DNA of 64,000 nucleotides from an uncultured Alphaproteobacteria bacterium (lineage in GTDB: Bacteria; Pseudomonadota; Alphaproteobacteria; RF32; CAG-239). The notes below the pieces were generated by a model. The model had not been told where the DNA came from, ran no database searches, and was given only the letters and a program-made list of their open reading frames with translations. Positions 28,166 to 37,118 of this stretch are shown here, piece by piece. The position numbers and the translations under genes were made by a program. The stretch is taken from assembly GCA_944393695.1 (NCBI GenBank), contig CALYAY010000005.1:33717-97716 (forward strand). Reading direction: 5' to 3'. Within the stretch, counting starts at the first letter, position 1; each line of letters starts with the position of its first letter.

Positions 28166-29620
28166 ATGAATGAAAATAACGACGAAATGGTAATTGACGA
28201 AAACAGCAACCAGGATACACGGGAAAAAGAAGTGACTGTTGACGAGGCGCTGAAGGAAACAACCGTCAATGAAGAAATGAAGGAAACGACCGTCAACGAA
28301 GAGGCGAAAGAAACAACCTTTAATGAAAACGCCAAAGAGACAACTTTTAACGAACATCCGGCAGAAAACCGCGTTCCGGAAAATTCCGACGAGCAAGATA
28401 ATCTTGATGATGAAAAACAAGGCGATATCGAAAATCTGGAAGACGACAGGATTAATCCTCCGGACGAGGAAGGAAAAGGGCCGTTTGAAGAAGGCGATAT
28501 TATTGCTTATATGTATAAGAACTGGCTGATTGCCGGGATGAATTATGCCTGGGTATCAGCGGCAAAACGTATTAAAGCGGAGTCATATAAAAGGAAATAT
28601 CAAAAAAACCGCCGAAAAGCCGAGAAAAACAAGGATAAAGAAGTTAAACGCTATGATACGTATAAAATGCGGGATACTTATGAGAAAAAAGCAAATACCG
28701 AAATGGAGAAGAAGGAAGCTCAGATTATCGGGAACCGCAGCCTGATTAACCTGGCGGAAAAGGTGCGCGAGGGCAAATATGAAGAGGCCGGGCTGAGTCC
28801 GGAAATGCAGGATGTTGTCAAAAATATGCCCAAGAAGCAATTTGATGAAATGTTTGCCGAGAAAAACGTGAAAAAATATCAGAAAAACATTAATGACACC
28901 CTGATTTCGGCGAACCAGTTTGCTCATATGTACGCCCAGTTGTCCATGCTGGAAACCAAAGCCAAAGACGCCAATGACCCGATGTTTCAAAACGGAAACG
29001 ACCCGGCTTATCAGGCTCAGGTGAAGGAAGGCCTGATTCTTTATGCCAAAGCCATGGGCAGAGAAGCCGAGCAAGGCGGCGATACAAGAAAATTCAGCGG
29101 CAAGTTATTAGATCAGGCAAAGAATGCTCTGGATGTTACCCGTAAAAATATAGAAAAAGGGAATTTTAACGGTTATCACAAAAAACGCCGTTTCAGAAAA
29201 GACATTATCGGCGAACGCAAGGAAAACAAAGAGTTTGACAAACTGCTCAAAACGCTCAACGGGATTGATACCAACGAGCCTGCGGCCAATATGTTTGAAG
29301 CAATTATCCGCAGCCAGGCTTTTGACAAAGAAAAAGCGGCCCAATTGGTTGAAAATCAAAATCAGGAGCGAATTCTGGCGGCCAGACGCCAACGCAACGA
29401 CGACAGACGGCGGCGGCTGCAGGAAGCTAAAGACAGGATGGATCCGACCCGCAGGGCTCAGCGGGAAGCCAAAAACGCCGAAAGAGAGGCCAAGCGCCAG
29501 AAAAGAATTAAGAATCTGGAAAATCCGGATTATGTCATGACAGATTCCAAAGGCAATAAGAATCAAGAAGAGACCAATAAGTGGCGCCAGTTTTACAGAG
29601 ACCGGGGAATGATGAGGTAA
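28166..29620 (+). CDS. Highly charged hypothetical protein with tandem 11-aa repeats (KETTVNEEM x4)
   Basis: 484 aa, K/E/R-rich, C-terminal RRQR..RRRRLQEAKDR basic stretch. Translationally coupled (1-nt gap) to 29622. Confidence 0.6.
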   Translation: MNENNDEMVIDENSNQDTREKEVTVDEALKETTVNEEMKETTVNEEAKETTFNENAKETTFNEHPAENRVPENSDEQDNLDDEKQGDIENLEDDRINPPDEEGKGPFEEGDIIAYMYKNWLIAGMNYAWVSAAKRIKAESYKRKYQKNRRKAEKNKDKEVKRYDTYKMRDTYEKKANTEMEKKEAQIIGNRSLINLAEKVREGKYEEAGLSPEMQDVVKNMPKKQFDEMFAEKNVKKYQKNINDTLISANQFAHMYAQLSMLETKAKDANDPMFQNGNDPAYQAQVKEGLILYAKAMGREAEQGGDTRKFSGKLLDQAKNALDVTRKNIEKGNFNGYHKKRRFRKDIIGERKENKEFDKLLKTLNGIDTNEPAANMFEAIIRSQAFDKEKAAQLVENQNQERILAARRQRNDDRRRRLQEAKDRMDPTRRAQREAKNAEREAKRQKRIKNLENPDYVMTDSKGNKNQEETNKWRQFYRDRGMMR

Positions 29621-29621
29621 G

Positions 29622-30113
29622 ATGGCGAAATTCGGCAAAATTCTGAAGGCAATTATCGTGGGTTCGTTATGGACCTGCGTTTTGCTGTTTGCCGGCAACA
29701 AAATTACCCTGTTTTTCTGGAAATTTAATCTGCTCAGTGCTGCCGACTGGCAATTGATTGCCGGCTTTTGGAATCGGGGCGGCGTGATTAAAACCGCATC
29801 CGATTATCTGTTTGTATCCACCCTGTTTCTGATTCCGATTATATGGATTGGTGGCTGGAAAAGGCTGATGAAGGTGAAAATCGGGGCTTTGCTGCTGCGG
29901 CCTTTTGAGGCATACAGCGACTGGCAGGCAAAAAAATATGAAAACAATTCGCGAATCGTGTTGAAAAATATGGGAACAACTTCGGTAAAAGAAACACCGA
30001 AAGAAAAAATCAAATCCGACCTCAAAAAAATAGAAAAACAGATTGATAACAATAAAGAAACCGCTAAAATAAGAGAAAATATCGGCGAAAAAATCTCCCG
30101 TCTGAAAAAATAA
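29622..30113 (+). CDS. Two-TM membrane protein (163 aa), paralogous to N-terminus of 30172..31497
   Basis: TM1 - FWKFNLLSAADWQLIAGFW - TM2 (LFLIPIIWIGGW). Aligns with NWHFDIFQSAHWHHAWTLW - TM - LTFIPLWLSGW of the next protein. Confidence 0.6.
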   Translation: MAKFGKILKAIIVGSLWTCVLLFAGNKITLFFWKFNLLSAADWQLIAGFWNRGGVIKTASDYLFVSTLFLIPIIWIGGWKRLMKVKIGALLLRPFEAYSDWQAKKYENNSRIVLKNMGTTSVKETPKEKIKSDLKKIEKQIDNNKETAKIRENIGEKISRLKK

Positions 30114-30171
30114 ACAGTTATTAACCATATTTGTGTTATTATCGGAAAAAATTTATTAAGGATTAAATGAT

Positions 30172-31497
30172 TTGAAACCCTTGATTGTGTTAACCAGAAT
30201 TATGACCGTCGGTCTGATATGGAGTGTTTTCTTCATTGAAAGCATCAGGGTTATCATGCTTAAAAACTGGCATTTTGACATTTTTCAGTCGGCACACTGG
30301 CATCATGCCTGGACATTGTGGTTGTCGGGATGGGTTATCAATACCCCGAAGGAATGGGCGTTTGTTCTGATTATCCTGACTTTTATCCCGCTGTGGCTGT
30401 CGGGATGGGCGGGGCTGAGCCTGATTAAATGGGAAAGACTGCTCGCCAGAATTATGCGCTGGCCGCTGGAAATGCTGCGGCAATTTTTTTTCCGTCCGGT
30501 AAAAATTATTGCAAAGTCAACGACAAGCGGCCCGGTTAAAAAGAAAAAATCTTATAAAGAAGTGCGGCCGAGAAGCCTGCGGCTGCCTCTTGACGACAGA
30601 CCGGAACCGGTCAACCAGTCAAAGCTCATCAGTGCCAATTCGCGCACGGTTCCCCTGACACCGGCAGTGGCGGCGGCCGAAACACCCAGTCCGAGCGCCA
30701 TGGCGGCGGCTTCGACACTTAAGCCTCAGGCCGAACCCAAGAGTTTTGAACATTCGCTGTTTAAAATAGACAGCAGTGAGGATGAGGATTTTGATTTTAA
30801 CTTTGACGAATTTGATTTGGAGAAAGATTCCCAAGAGACAAAAAAAGCCGCTCCCGAGCCCGAGCCAAAACGTTCGCTGACGGCCGGAAACCGGCCCCCT
30901 GCCCCGGCAGCACGTAAAGAAAACAATTCACGCGAGGCCGTTAAAGGCAAAAAGAACGGGAACACGCCGAAAAACAATAGTCAACCGCGGGCAAACAGCG
31001 GAAATTCCATTCTGGATGTCATCCGGCAGCATAAATACGAAACAATCAACGGAGCCACTATCCGCAACACTCTGATTGATTTTATCGGCGTGGCCAAAAA
31101 TCAGATTATCCTCTGTCTGATTGACAGGGAACCGGGCGACTGGCTGGCAGACGAAGAGCGTTTTAACGATGAAGAGCCTTTATGGTTTTCAGAGAGCAGC
31201 CACCGGATTTCGCCGGTGCGGAAGGTGGATATTGCCCGAAAGGTTTTGGAAGAAAAAATTGCCGAAGCCGGTTTGAACTTTACGGTCAAGCCTTATGTTA
31301 TTATATCCATCGGCAATATCATCAATGCCGAGGATATGTTTGAAATATGGGACGGGCTGGGGGTTAACGTGGCCCGCATCGACCGGGGAACGCCCAAAGA
31401 AATAAAATTGTTTGCCAAGGCACTGGACGATGCCGAAGCCCCGATCAGCCGCGATGATTTTGAAAAAGTCAAAAAACTTATCAGAAACAATGCTTAA
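30172..31497 (+). CDS. Membrane protein (441 aa): N-terminal 2-TM module, Pro/Ala-rich acidic linker, C-terminal ~190-aa globular domain
   Basis: TTG start with aagga RBS. Architecture is reminiscent of T4CP-partner proteins such as DotM/IcmP, but this is unproven. Confidence 0.55.
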   Translation: MKPLIVLTRIMTVGLIWSVFFIESIRVIMLKNWHFDIFQSAHWHHAWTLWLSGWVINTPKEWAFVLIILTFIPLWLSGWAGLSLIKWERLLARIMRWPLEMLRQFFFRPVKIIAKSTTSGPVKKKKSYKEVRPRSLRLPLDDRPEPVNQSKLISANSRTVPLTPAVAAAETPSPSAMAAASTLKPQAEPKSFEHSLFKIDSSEDEDFDFNFDEFDLEKDSQETKKAAPEPEPKRSLTAGNRPPAPAARKENNSREAVKGKKNGNTPKNNSQPRANSGNSILDVIRQHKYETINGATIRNTLIDFIGVAKNQIILCLIDREPGDWLADEERFNDEEPLWFSESSHRISPVRKVDIARKVLEEKIAEAGLNFTVKPYVIISIGNIINAEDMFEIWDGLGVNVARIDRGTPKEIKLFAKALDDAEAPISRDDFEKVKKLIRNNA

Positions 31498-31518
31498 GCC
31501 AGGTGAGAGGAAATTACG

Positions 31519-33726
31519 ATGAGCGAGAAAAGAGGCGAAGAATGGGAAGAATATGACAAGGCCGTGCAATGGATGGTGATTACGGTCATTATCTCGCTGG
31601 TTTTGACAATCTTTCTGGCGGTGATGGCTCTGCCGCTGGGATATCTGGTGGGCAGCGGCATATCAAAAGACAGCATCAGCACCGTATCGCGCTTTGTGCA
31701 GGCGGTGTTTGAAAATCCGTCATATCTGACCTCACGCTACTGGCACTGGTTTAATCAGCTGTCCAATTATATCGGTCCGTTTTCGTTCAGTCTGTGGCTG
31801 CCGATTTTGCCATTCATCACCCTGCCGCTCGGGCTGATTTTGGGAATGCTGACCAATCCGTATCGGTTTCAGTCAAATATTCACGGTTCGGCACGACTGG
31901 CCACGGAAAAAGACATCAAGAAAATGCCTTTGCTGGGTTTTGACGGATTTTGCCAGGTGGTGGGAAAATTTAACGGCAAACTGCTAATGCTCAAGGAAAC
32001 GCTGGCAACCCTGTGCTGCGCGCCTCCGGGAACCGGTAAAACGGCGGGGGTGGTTATTCCGACGATTTTTAACTCCCGCGGACTGAGTATTATCGTAAAC
32101 GACCCCAAGCCCGAATTGTGTTACAGCACGACGGGCGCCCGGGCAAAGGAAGGCCCGGTGTTTGTCATTAACTGGGGGGCGGAAGACAACCCGGCGGAGG
32201 GAATCTATTATCCCAGCTGGAACCCGCTGTCGCCGAATGCATTGCCCATGCCGGGGCCGGACCGGGACATGTATGTTGATTCCATGTGCAATATTCTGGT
32301 GGAAGATCCGAAAGGCGGCGCCGACCCGCACTGGTCAAAAACCGGCCGTTCGGCTTTGACCGGATTTATTCACTTTGTTTCGTTCAAATGCGAAAAAGCC
32401 CGGGCCAATGATTATTTTATCGGCCGTATTTATGAGGGAAAGCTTGATGACGAAGACAAGCGCGTGCTGGAAAGCTATTATCTGGAAATGCACGACCCGA
32501 TGGCGGCCAGAGCCATTCAGGATTTGCGCAACGGGACGCTGACCATTGATAATTATCTGCCAATCGGCAGCTGGGCTCTGCTTCCGGAAAAATGGATCGG
32601 GCATGAACCTTGTCTGGCAATGATTTTGGAGTGGATTACCGAAGCGCAGATTAAACAATCGGAAGAAATCAAACGCCGGCTGGACGAAGGCGACCAGATG
32701 GCGGCAATGGCCGACCCGATGCGCAATATGCTGGAAGAGGCTATCGAGGAAGCCCGAAAATTCGGCTATTCGCAACGCTGCATCGTGGAATTGAGCCAGT
32801 TGAGCGCCATGCCGGACAAAGAAAGAGGTTCGGTTCTGTCAACCGGTTTGTCGGGTATCGGTATTTTCAAAAACTCGGCGGTGGTTTCCCGAACCAGTTT
32901 TTCTGATTTGCAGTTTAAGGATTTGCGCGGCATGAAAGACCCGGTGACGGGAGAATGGAAACCGATTTCGGTTTATCTGTCGGTTAACCAGGTTGATGCC
33001 CGCGCCCTGGGTATCATCAGCGGAACATTTATTGAGCTGATGTCTTCTTACCTGATTGCCAATCCGCCCAAGTTTAAAAATAAAACCGACGGGGTGATGG
33101 GACCTTTTCCGGCATTGTTCGTGCTGGACGAGTTTCCGCAGATGCCTAAGCTGAAAGCCATTATCGACGGACCGGCGGTGGGCCGCGGACAAAAGGTTTC
33201 ATACCTGCTTATCGGACAAGATCTGGGGCAAATCTCGGGAAAATACGGAAAAGATGATTTGGAAACCGTGATTTCAACGACGGCCTGTAAGGTTATTTTG
33301 TCGCAGAACAACGAAGTGACCGCCCAGCGCTTTTCCAAAATGATCGGCAATAAGACCGTGCAGACAACCTCTTTTTCAAAACAAGAGGGACTGAGCAAAG
33401 GAAGCAATCCTTTTTCGAAAAACGTTTCTTATCAGCTGCAGGGGACTTCGGTTATCAGTACGACCCAGCTGCTGAGCCTGCCGATGCTGAAGCAGGTTGT
33501 ACTGATGCAGGGCTCAATCGACCGACCGATTATGGCAGACTCGCCCCGGTGGTATCTGGATAAAAAGATGAAGGCCCTGGCTGCGCTGCCGCCGGCACCC
33601 AATGTTCCCGACTGGATTGTGGCACAGCGTGAGGATATTAACGAGGATATGCTCTCCAAGCTGGGAATCGAGTATTCGCCCGATGAAGACGATTTTGAAC
33701 CGGACGAAGACGAAAACGATGCCTAA
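31519..33726 (+). CDS. Type IV secretion coupling protein (VirD4/TraG/DotL family ATPase)
   Basis: Two N-terminal TM helices. Walker A CAPPGTGKTAGVVIPTIF (compare VirD4 APTRSGKGVGLVIP). Walker B region FVLDEFPQMPKL...LLIGQDLGQI. Acidic C-terminal tail EDDFEPDEDENDA. Confidence 0.8.
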   Translation: MSEKRGEEWEEYDKAVQWMVITVIISLVLTIFLAVMALPLGYLVGSGISKDSISTVSRFVQAVFENPSYLTSRYWHWFNQLSNYIGPFSFSLWLPILPFITLPLGLILGMLTNPYRFQSNIHGSARLATEKDIKKMPLLGFDGFCQVVGKFNGKLLMLKETLATLCCAPPGTGKTAGVVIPTIFNSRGLSIIVNDPKPELCYSTTGARAKEGPVFVINWGAEDNPAEGIYYPSWNPLSPNALPMPGPDRDMYVDSMCNILVEDPKGGADPHWSKTGRSALTGFIHFVSFKCEKARANDYFIGRIYEGKLDDEDKRVLESYYLEMHDPMAARAIQDLRNGTLTIDNYLPIGSWALLPEKWIGHEPCLAMILEWITEAQIKQSEEIKRRLDEGDQMAAMADPMRNMLEEAIEEARKFGYSQRCIVELSQLSAMPDKERGSVLSTGLSGIGIFKNSAVVSRTSFSDLQFKDLRGMKDPVTGEWKPISVYLSVNQVDARALGIISGTFIELMSSYLIANPPKFKNKTDGVMGPFPALFVLDEFPQMPKLKAIIDGPAVGRGQKVSYLLIGQDLGQISGKYGKDDLETVISTTACKVILSQNNEVTAQRFSKMIGNKTVQTTSFSKQEGLSKGSNPFSKNVSYQLQGTSVISTTQLLSLPMLKQVVLMQGSIDRPIMADSPRWYLDKKMKALAALPPAPNVPDWIVAQREDINEDMLSKLGIEYSPDEDDFEPDEDENDA

Positions 33727-33733
33727 AAGGACA

Positions 33734-33765
33734 AAGGCCTGTTTCATGAAAGCAGGCCTTTTGTT
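33734..33765 (+). terminator. Rho-independent terminator after T4CP gene
   Basis: aaaggcctg-tttcatgaaag-caggccttt followed by tgtt. Confidence 0.6.
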
Positions 33766-33837
33766 ATCCGTAAAATTTTAGATGTTTTTTAATTTTATAT
33801 CCGTTATAATCATTCATTAATAAAATAAGGGAAAGAC

Positions 33838-33993
33838 ATGGAAAAACAAGAAACATCCAATAAACAAAAAAAACGCAGCCAGATCCGTATTGAAAAAGAA
33901 GCGGCCGCCCTGCAGCGCAACCTGATTAAACGCAAAAAACAGGTGGCGGAACGGGCCAGACTGAAAGCGGAAAAGCAAAAAGAATCGAACTAA
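33838..33993 (+). CDS. Candidate small basic protein (51 aa, K/R-rich, helical)
   Basis: aaggga RBS 7 nt upstream of ATG. Below the ORF-track length cutoff. Sits between the T4CP terminator and murA. Confidence 0.3.
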   Translation: MEKQETSNKQKKRSQIRIEKEAAALQRNLIKRKKQVAERARLKAEKQKESN

Positions 33994-34007
33994 GACAGGA
34001 TTTTAAC

Positions 34008-35300
34008 ATGGATAAAATAAAAATTACCGGCGGAAAGGTACTTAACGGGGAAATTTATATCAGCGGGGCCAAAAATGCCGCCCTGCCGCTTATTTGCGCC
34101 AGCCTGCTGACCGATGAAACAGTAACGCTGACCAATATGCCGATTTTATCAGACATCCGGGCTATGAACGCCTTGCTGGTGTCTATCGGAACGCAGATTG
34201 ACGAGTTTGACGACTTTGTTGACGGGCATCCGACCAAAACTTATTCTTACCGGACAAAGGAATTCAGCAGCCTGATTGCCCCGTATGATTATGTCCGGAA
34301 AATGCGGGCATCCTATTACGTCTTAGGGCCGATTTTGGCGCGGGAAGGACATGTTGAGCTTTCATTGCCGGGAGGGTGTGCCATCGGCGCCCGGCCAATG
34401 GATATTCATCTGGCGGCATTGGAACAGATGGGAGCCAGAATCGAGATTAAAAACGGCTATGTGCATGCCGATGTCGACGGGCGGCTGAAAGGTGCACATA
34501 TTATCTTTCGTTTTGCCTCAGTCGGGGCTACCTGCAACATCTTAATGGCGGCAGCTTTGGCAGAAGGAACCACAATTATTGAAAACGCTGCCAAAGAACC
34601 TGAAATCGGCGATCTGGTGGATTTGCTCAATGACATGGGGGCCAAAATCAGCGGTAAAGATACATCCGTTTTGACGATTGAAGGAGTAGACAAGCTGCAC
34701 GGCGCCCGGCACAAGGTGATTGCCGACCGTATTGAGGCCGGTTCGTATGCAGTGGCAGCGGCCATTACCCGGGGAAGAATCGAGCTAATCAACGCGCGGG
34801 CGGCGAATCTGCAAACGCCTCTGAATATTTTGCGCAATGCCGGTGTTTTGATTCAGGAAAAGGAAAACAGCATTGTGGTTGACGCCGTGGGGCGGACACT
34901 GACCGGACAAGATATTATGACCGACGTATATCCCGGTTTTCCGACTGATTTGCAGGCGCAATTCCTGGCACTGATGTTAACTGCAGAAGGCGCGGCCATG
35001 GTGACGGAAACAATTTTTGAAAACCGCTTTATGCATATTCCGGAACTGCTGCGCATGGGGGCAAATATTAACGTGCACGGACATGCTTCGGCTATTGTCC
35101 GGGGAGTCAGCAAACTTTACGGCGCACCGGTGATGGCTACGGATTTGAGAGCATCATTTGCCTTGATTTTGGCAGGTCTGGCGGCTGAAGGCGAAACCAT
35201 CGTCTCACGTGTTTATCACCTTGACCGCGGTTATGAGCGTCTGGAAGAAAAACTGCGCGGCGTGGGTGCAGATATTGAACGAATTAAAGAAACAGATTAA
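34008..35300 (+). CDS. murA: UDP-N-acetylglucosamine 1-carboxyvinyltransferase
   Basis: Full-length MurA. Active-site Cys in the LPGGCAIGARP motif. Confidence 0.95.
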   Translation: MDKIKITGGKVLNGEIYISGAKNAALPLICASLLTDETVTLTNMPILSDIRAMNALLVSIGTQIDEFDDFVDGHPTKTYSYRTKEFSSLIAPYDYVRKMRASYYVLGPILAREGHVELSLPGGCAIGARPMDIHLAALEQMGARIEIKNGYVHADVDGRLKGAHIIFRFASVGATCNILMAAALAEGTTIIENAAKEPEIGDLVDLLNDMGAKISGKDTSVLTIEGVDKLHGARHKVIADRIEAGSYAVAAAITRGRIELINARAANLQTPLNILRNAGVLIQEKENSIVVDAVGRTLTGQDIMTDVYPGFPTDLQAQFLALMLTAEGAAMVTETIFENRFMHIPELLRMGANINVHGHASAIVRGVSKLYGAPVMATDLRASFALILAGLAAEGETIVSRVYHLDRGYERLEEKLRGVGADIERIKETD

Positions 35301-35318
35301 AAGATACGGGAAAAATTT

Positions 35319-35747
35319 ATGGCCGATAAAAAAGAAATTGAAGAAACGGAACAGCTTTTGATGCAGGCACTGGCCATGCAGTCACCCGAACCGGCAGAAG
35401 AATTTGCGGTGCATGCGGGGAAAGAAAAGCCGGCTGATGAGAAAAATGCCTCAAAAGAAGATATTATTGAGGCGTTGAAAACGGTTTGCGATCCGGAAAT
35501 TATGATTAACGTTTATGACATGGGGTTGATTTATGACATCCGCCAGCAGGAAAACGGAGATGTGGACATAGACATGACGCTGACCGCACCGGGATGCCCG
35601 GTGGCCGGAATTCTGCCCCAGCAGGTTGCCGACGCGGCTGCATTAGTCGAAGGGGTCGGAAGAGTTGAGGTCAGAGTGGTGTGGGAGCCGGCCTGGAGCC
35701 TGGAGAGACTGAGCGATGACGCGCGGGCGATGATGGATATGTTTTAG
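35319..35747 (+). CDS. DUF59 (MIP18/SufT-like) Fe-S cluster assembly protein
   Basis: DPEI..NVYDMGLIYDI...TLTAPGCPVAG motif. Confidence 0.75.
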   Translation: MADKKEIEETEQLLMQALAMQSPEPAEEFAVHAGKEKPADEKNASKEDIIEALKTVCDPEIMINVYDMGLIYDIRQQENGDVDIDMTLTAPGCPVAGILPQQVADAAALVEGVGRVEVRVVWEPAWSLERLSDDARAMMDMF

Positions 35748-35756
35748 GAGATAAAA

Positions 35757-36653
35757 ATGACAGGTGACGGCGAAATTGTTTATATGGAATGTCAAAGTCT
35801 TCCCCATGCCAGCTGCCGGACTTTTATGGTCGCAGACAAGCTGGTGCAGCCGCTGCTGGACGAGGGGGAAAAAGTCTGTATAACAATTAAGCCCGAAGAA
35901 ATATTCCGGCTGCGCGGGCCTGTCAAGCCGGCAATCAGTGCGCCGCTGATTGCCATTCTGCTGGCCCGGGAAGCTGAAAATTATTCAATTGACGAGCCTT
36001 ATGTGCAGGCGGTTTTGATGACCGGGGCAAATGTTAAGTTTATTCATTATCAAAATCCGGCCGAACAAGCCGCGGATGCAGACGGGCTTTTGCTGCCCGG
36101 CGGTTTTTTTCCCACGCCCGTAGAATGGTATGCAAATCCCGATGAAGACGACGGTACGCCCCCTTCCCCGCGCACCCTGGCTTATATGGAACTGATAAAA
36201 TTTGCCGAAGAAAAAAAATTGCCGATGCTGGGGATTTGCGGCGGCATGCAGATGATGGCCGGAATGCGCGGAGCCAAGCTCAGCCGGGTTATTCAGCCGA
36301 TGGTAAAGACTTCTGTTGAGCATCGCGCCATTTGTGCCAACGAATATGCCCATGAGGTGGCATTGGCGGAAAACAGCCTGCTGCGGGAGATGGCCGGAAC
36401 GGCAAACATCCGGGTTAATTCCCGTCATTCGGAAGCAGTGACGGCGGTTCCCGGCGACAGGCTGAGGGTGACGGCGGCGGCTCCGGACGGAATTGCCGAA
36501 GCTATTGAGTTCCGGAATTATGACGGGTATGCACTCGGCGTGCAGTGGCATCCGGAACGCATGGCGGTGCAACAGGAAAAATTTTCCATGAGAATTTATC
36601 AATCACTGACTGATGCGGCCGGGGCTTACAAAAAACATAAAGCACAAAATTGA
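35757..36653 (+). CDS. Class I glutamine amidotransferase-like protein (peptidase C26 / gamma-glutamyl hydrolase family)
   Basis: GICGGMQMM nucleophile elbow. VQWHPE motif. Confidence 0.65.
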   Translation: MTGDGEIVYMECQSLPHASCRTFMVADKLVQPLLDEGEKVCITIKPEEIFRLRGPVKPAISAPLIAILLAREAENYSIDEPYVQAVLMTGANVKFIHYQNPAEQAADADGLLLPGGFFPTPVEWYANPDEDDGTPPSPRTLAYMELIKFAEEKKLPMLGICGGMQMMAGMRGAKLSRVIQPMVKTSVEHRAICANEYAHEVALAENSLLREMAGTANIRVNSRHSEAVTAVPGDRLRVTAAAPDGIAEAIEFRNYDGYALGVQWHPERMAVQQEKFSMRIYQSLTDAAGAYKKHKAQN

Positions 36654-36700
36654 CAAGCGGCTTTTTCGGAATATAATATTGCCGAAACGGGGATGAAAAA

Positions 36701-37114
36701 ATGGAAATCGAAGAGCTTGAAGAAAATTTCGAACTGTTGGAAGACTGGGAAGACAAGTATCGCTACCTGATTGATTTAGGCGAAAAAAATACAGATTTTC
36801 CGACAGAACTGCATCTGGACAAATGGAAGATAAACGGCTGTCAGTCACAGGTGTGGATTGTTCCGGAAGTGAAGGAAGTCAGCGGCGAAAAAAGACTGTT
36901 TTTTATCGGAGACAGCGATGCGGCCATTGTCAAGGGAATCGTGACCATCGTAACCGGACTGTGTTCCGGACGCAGCGGCAAAGAAATTTGTTCGCTTGAC
37001 ATCGACGGGGTGTTTGAAAAAATCGGACTGCATGAACATCTCAGTCCCAGCCGACGCAACGGACTGGGCGCAATGATTGAAAAAATCAAATCTTACGGAC
37101 AGGCGTTGGGATAA
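36701..37114 (+). CDS. sufE: Cysteine desulfuration protein SufE
   Basis: CQSQVWI active-site motif. Length 137 aa. Confidence 0.85.
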   Translation: MEIEELEENFELLEDWEDKYRYLIDLGEKNTDFPTELHLDKWKINGCQSQVWIVPEVKEVSGEKRLFFIGDSDAAIVKGIVTIVTGLCSGRSGKEICSLDIDGVFEKIGLHEHLSPSRRNGLGAMIEKIKSYGQALG

Positions 37115-37118
37115 AAAA

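Noticed and set aside
31519-33726. Calling the T4CP specifically virD4 of an rvh-type Rickettsiales T4SS, or dotL
   Set aside because: Family membership is clear, but subfamily cannot be determined from sequence inspection alone. No cognate VirB or Dot/Icm genes are in the window.
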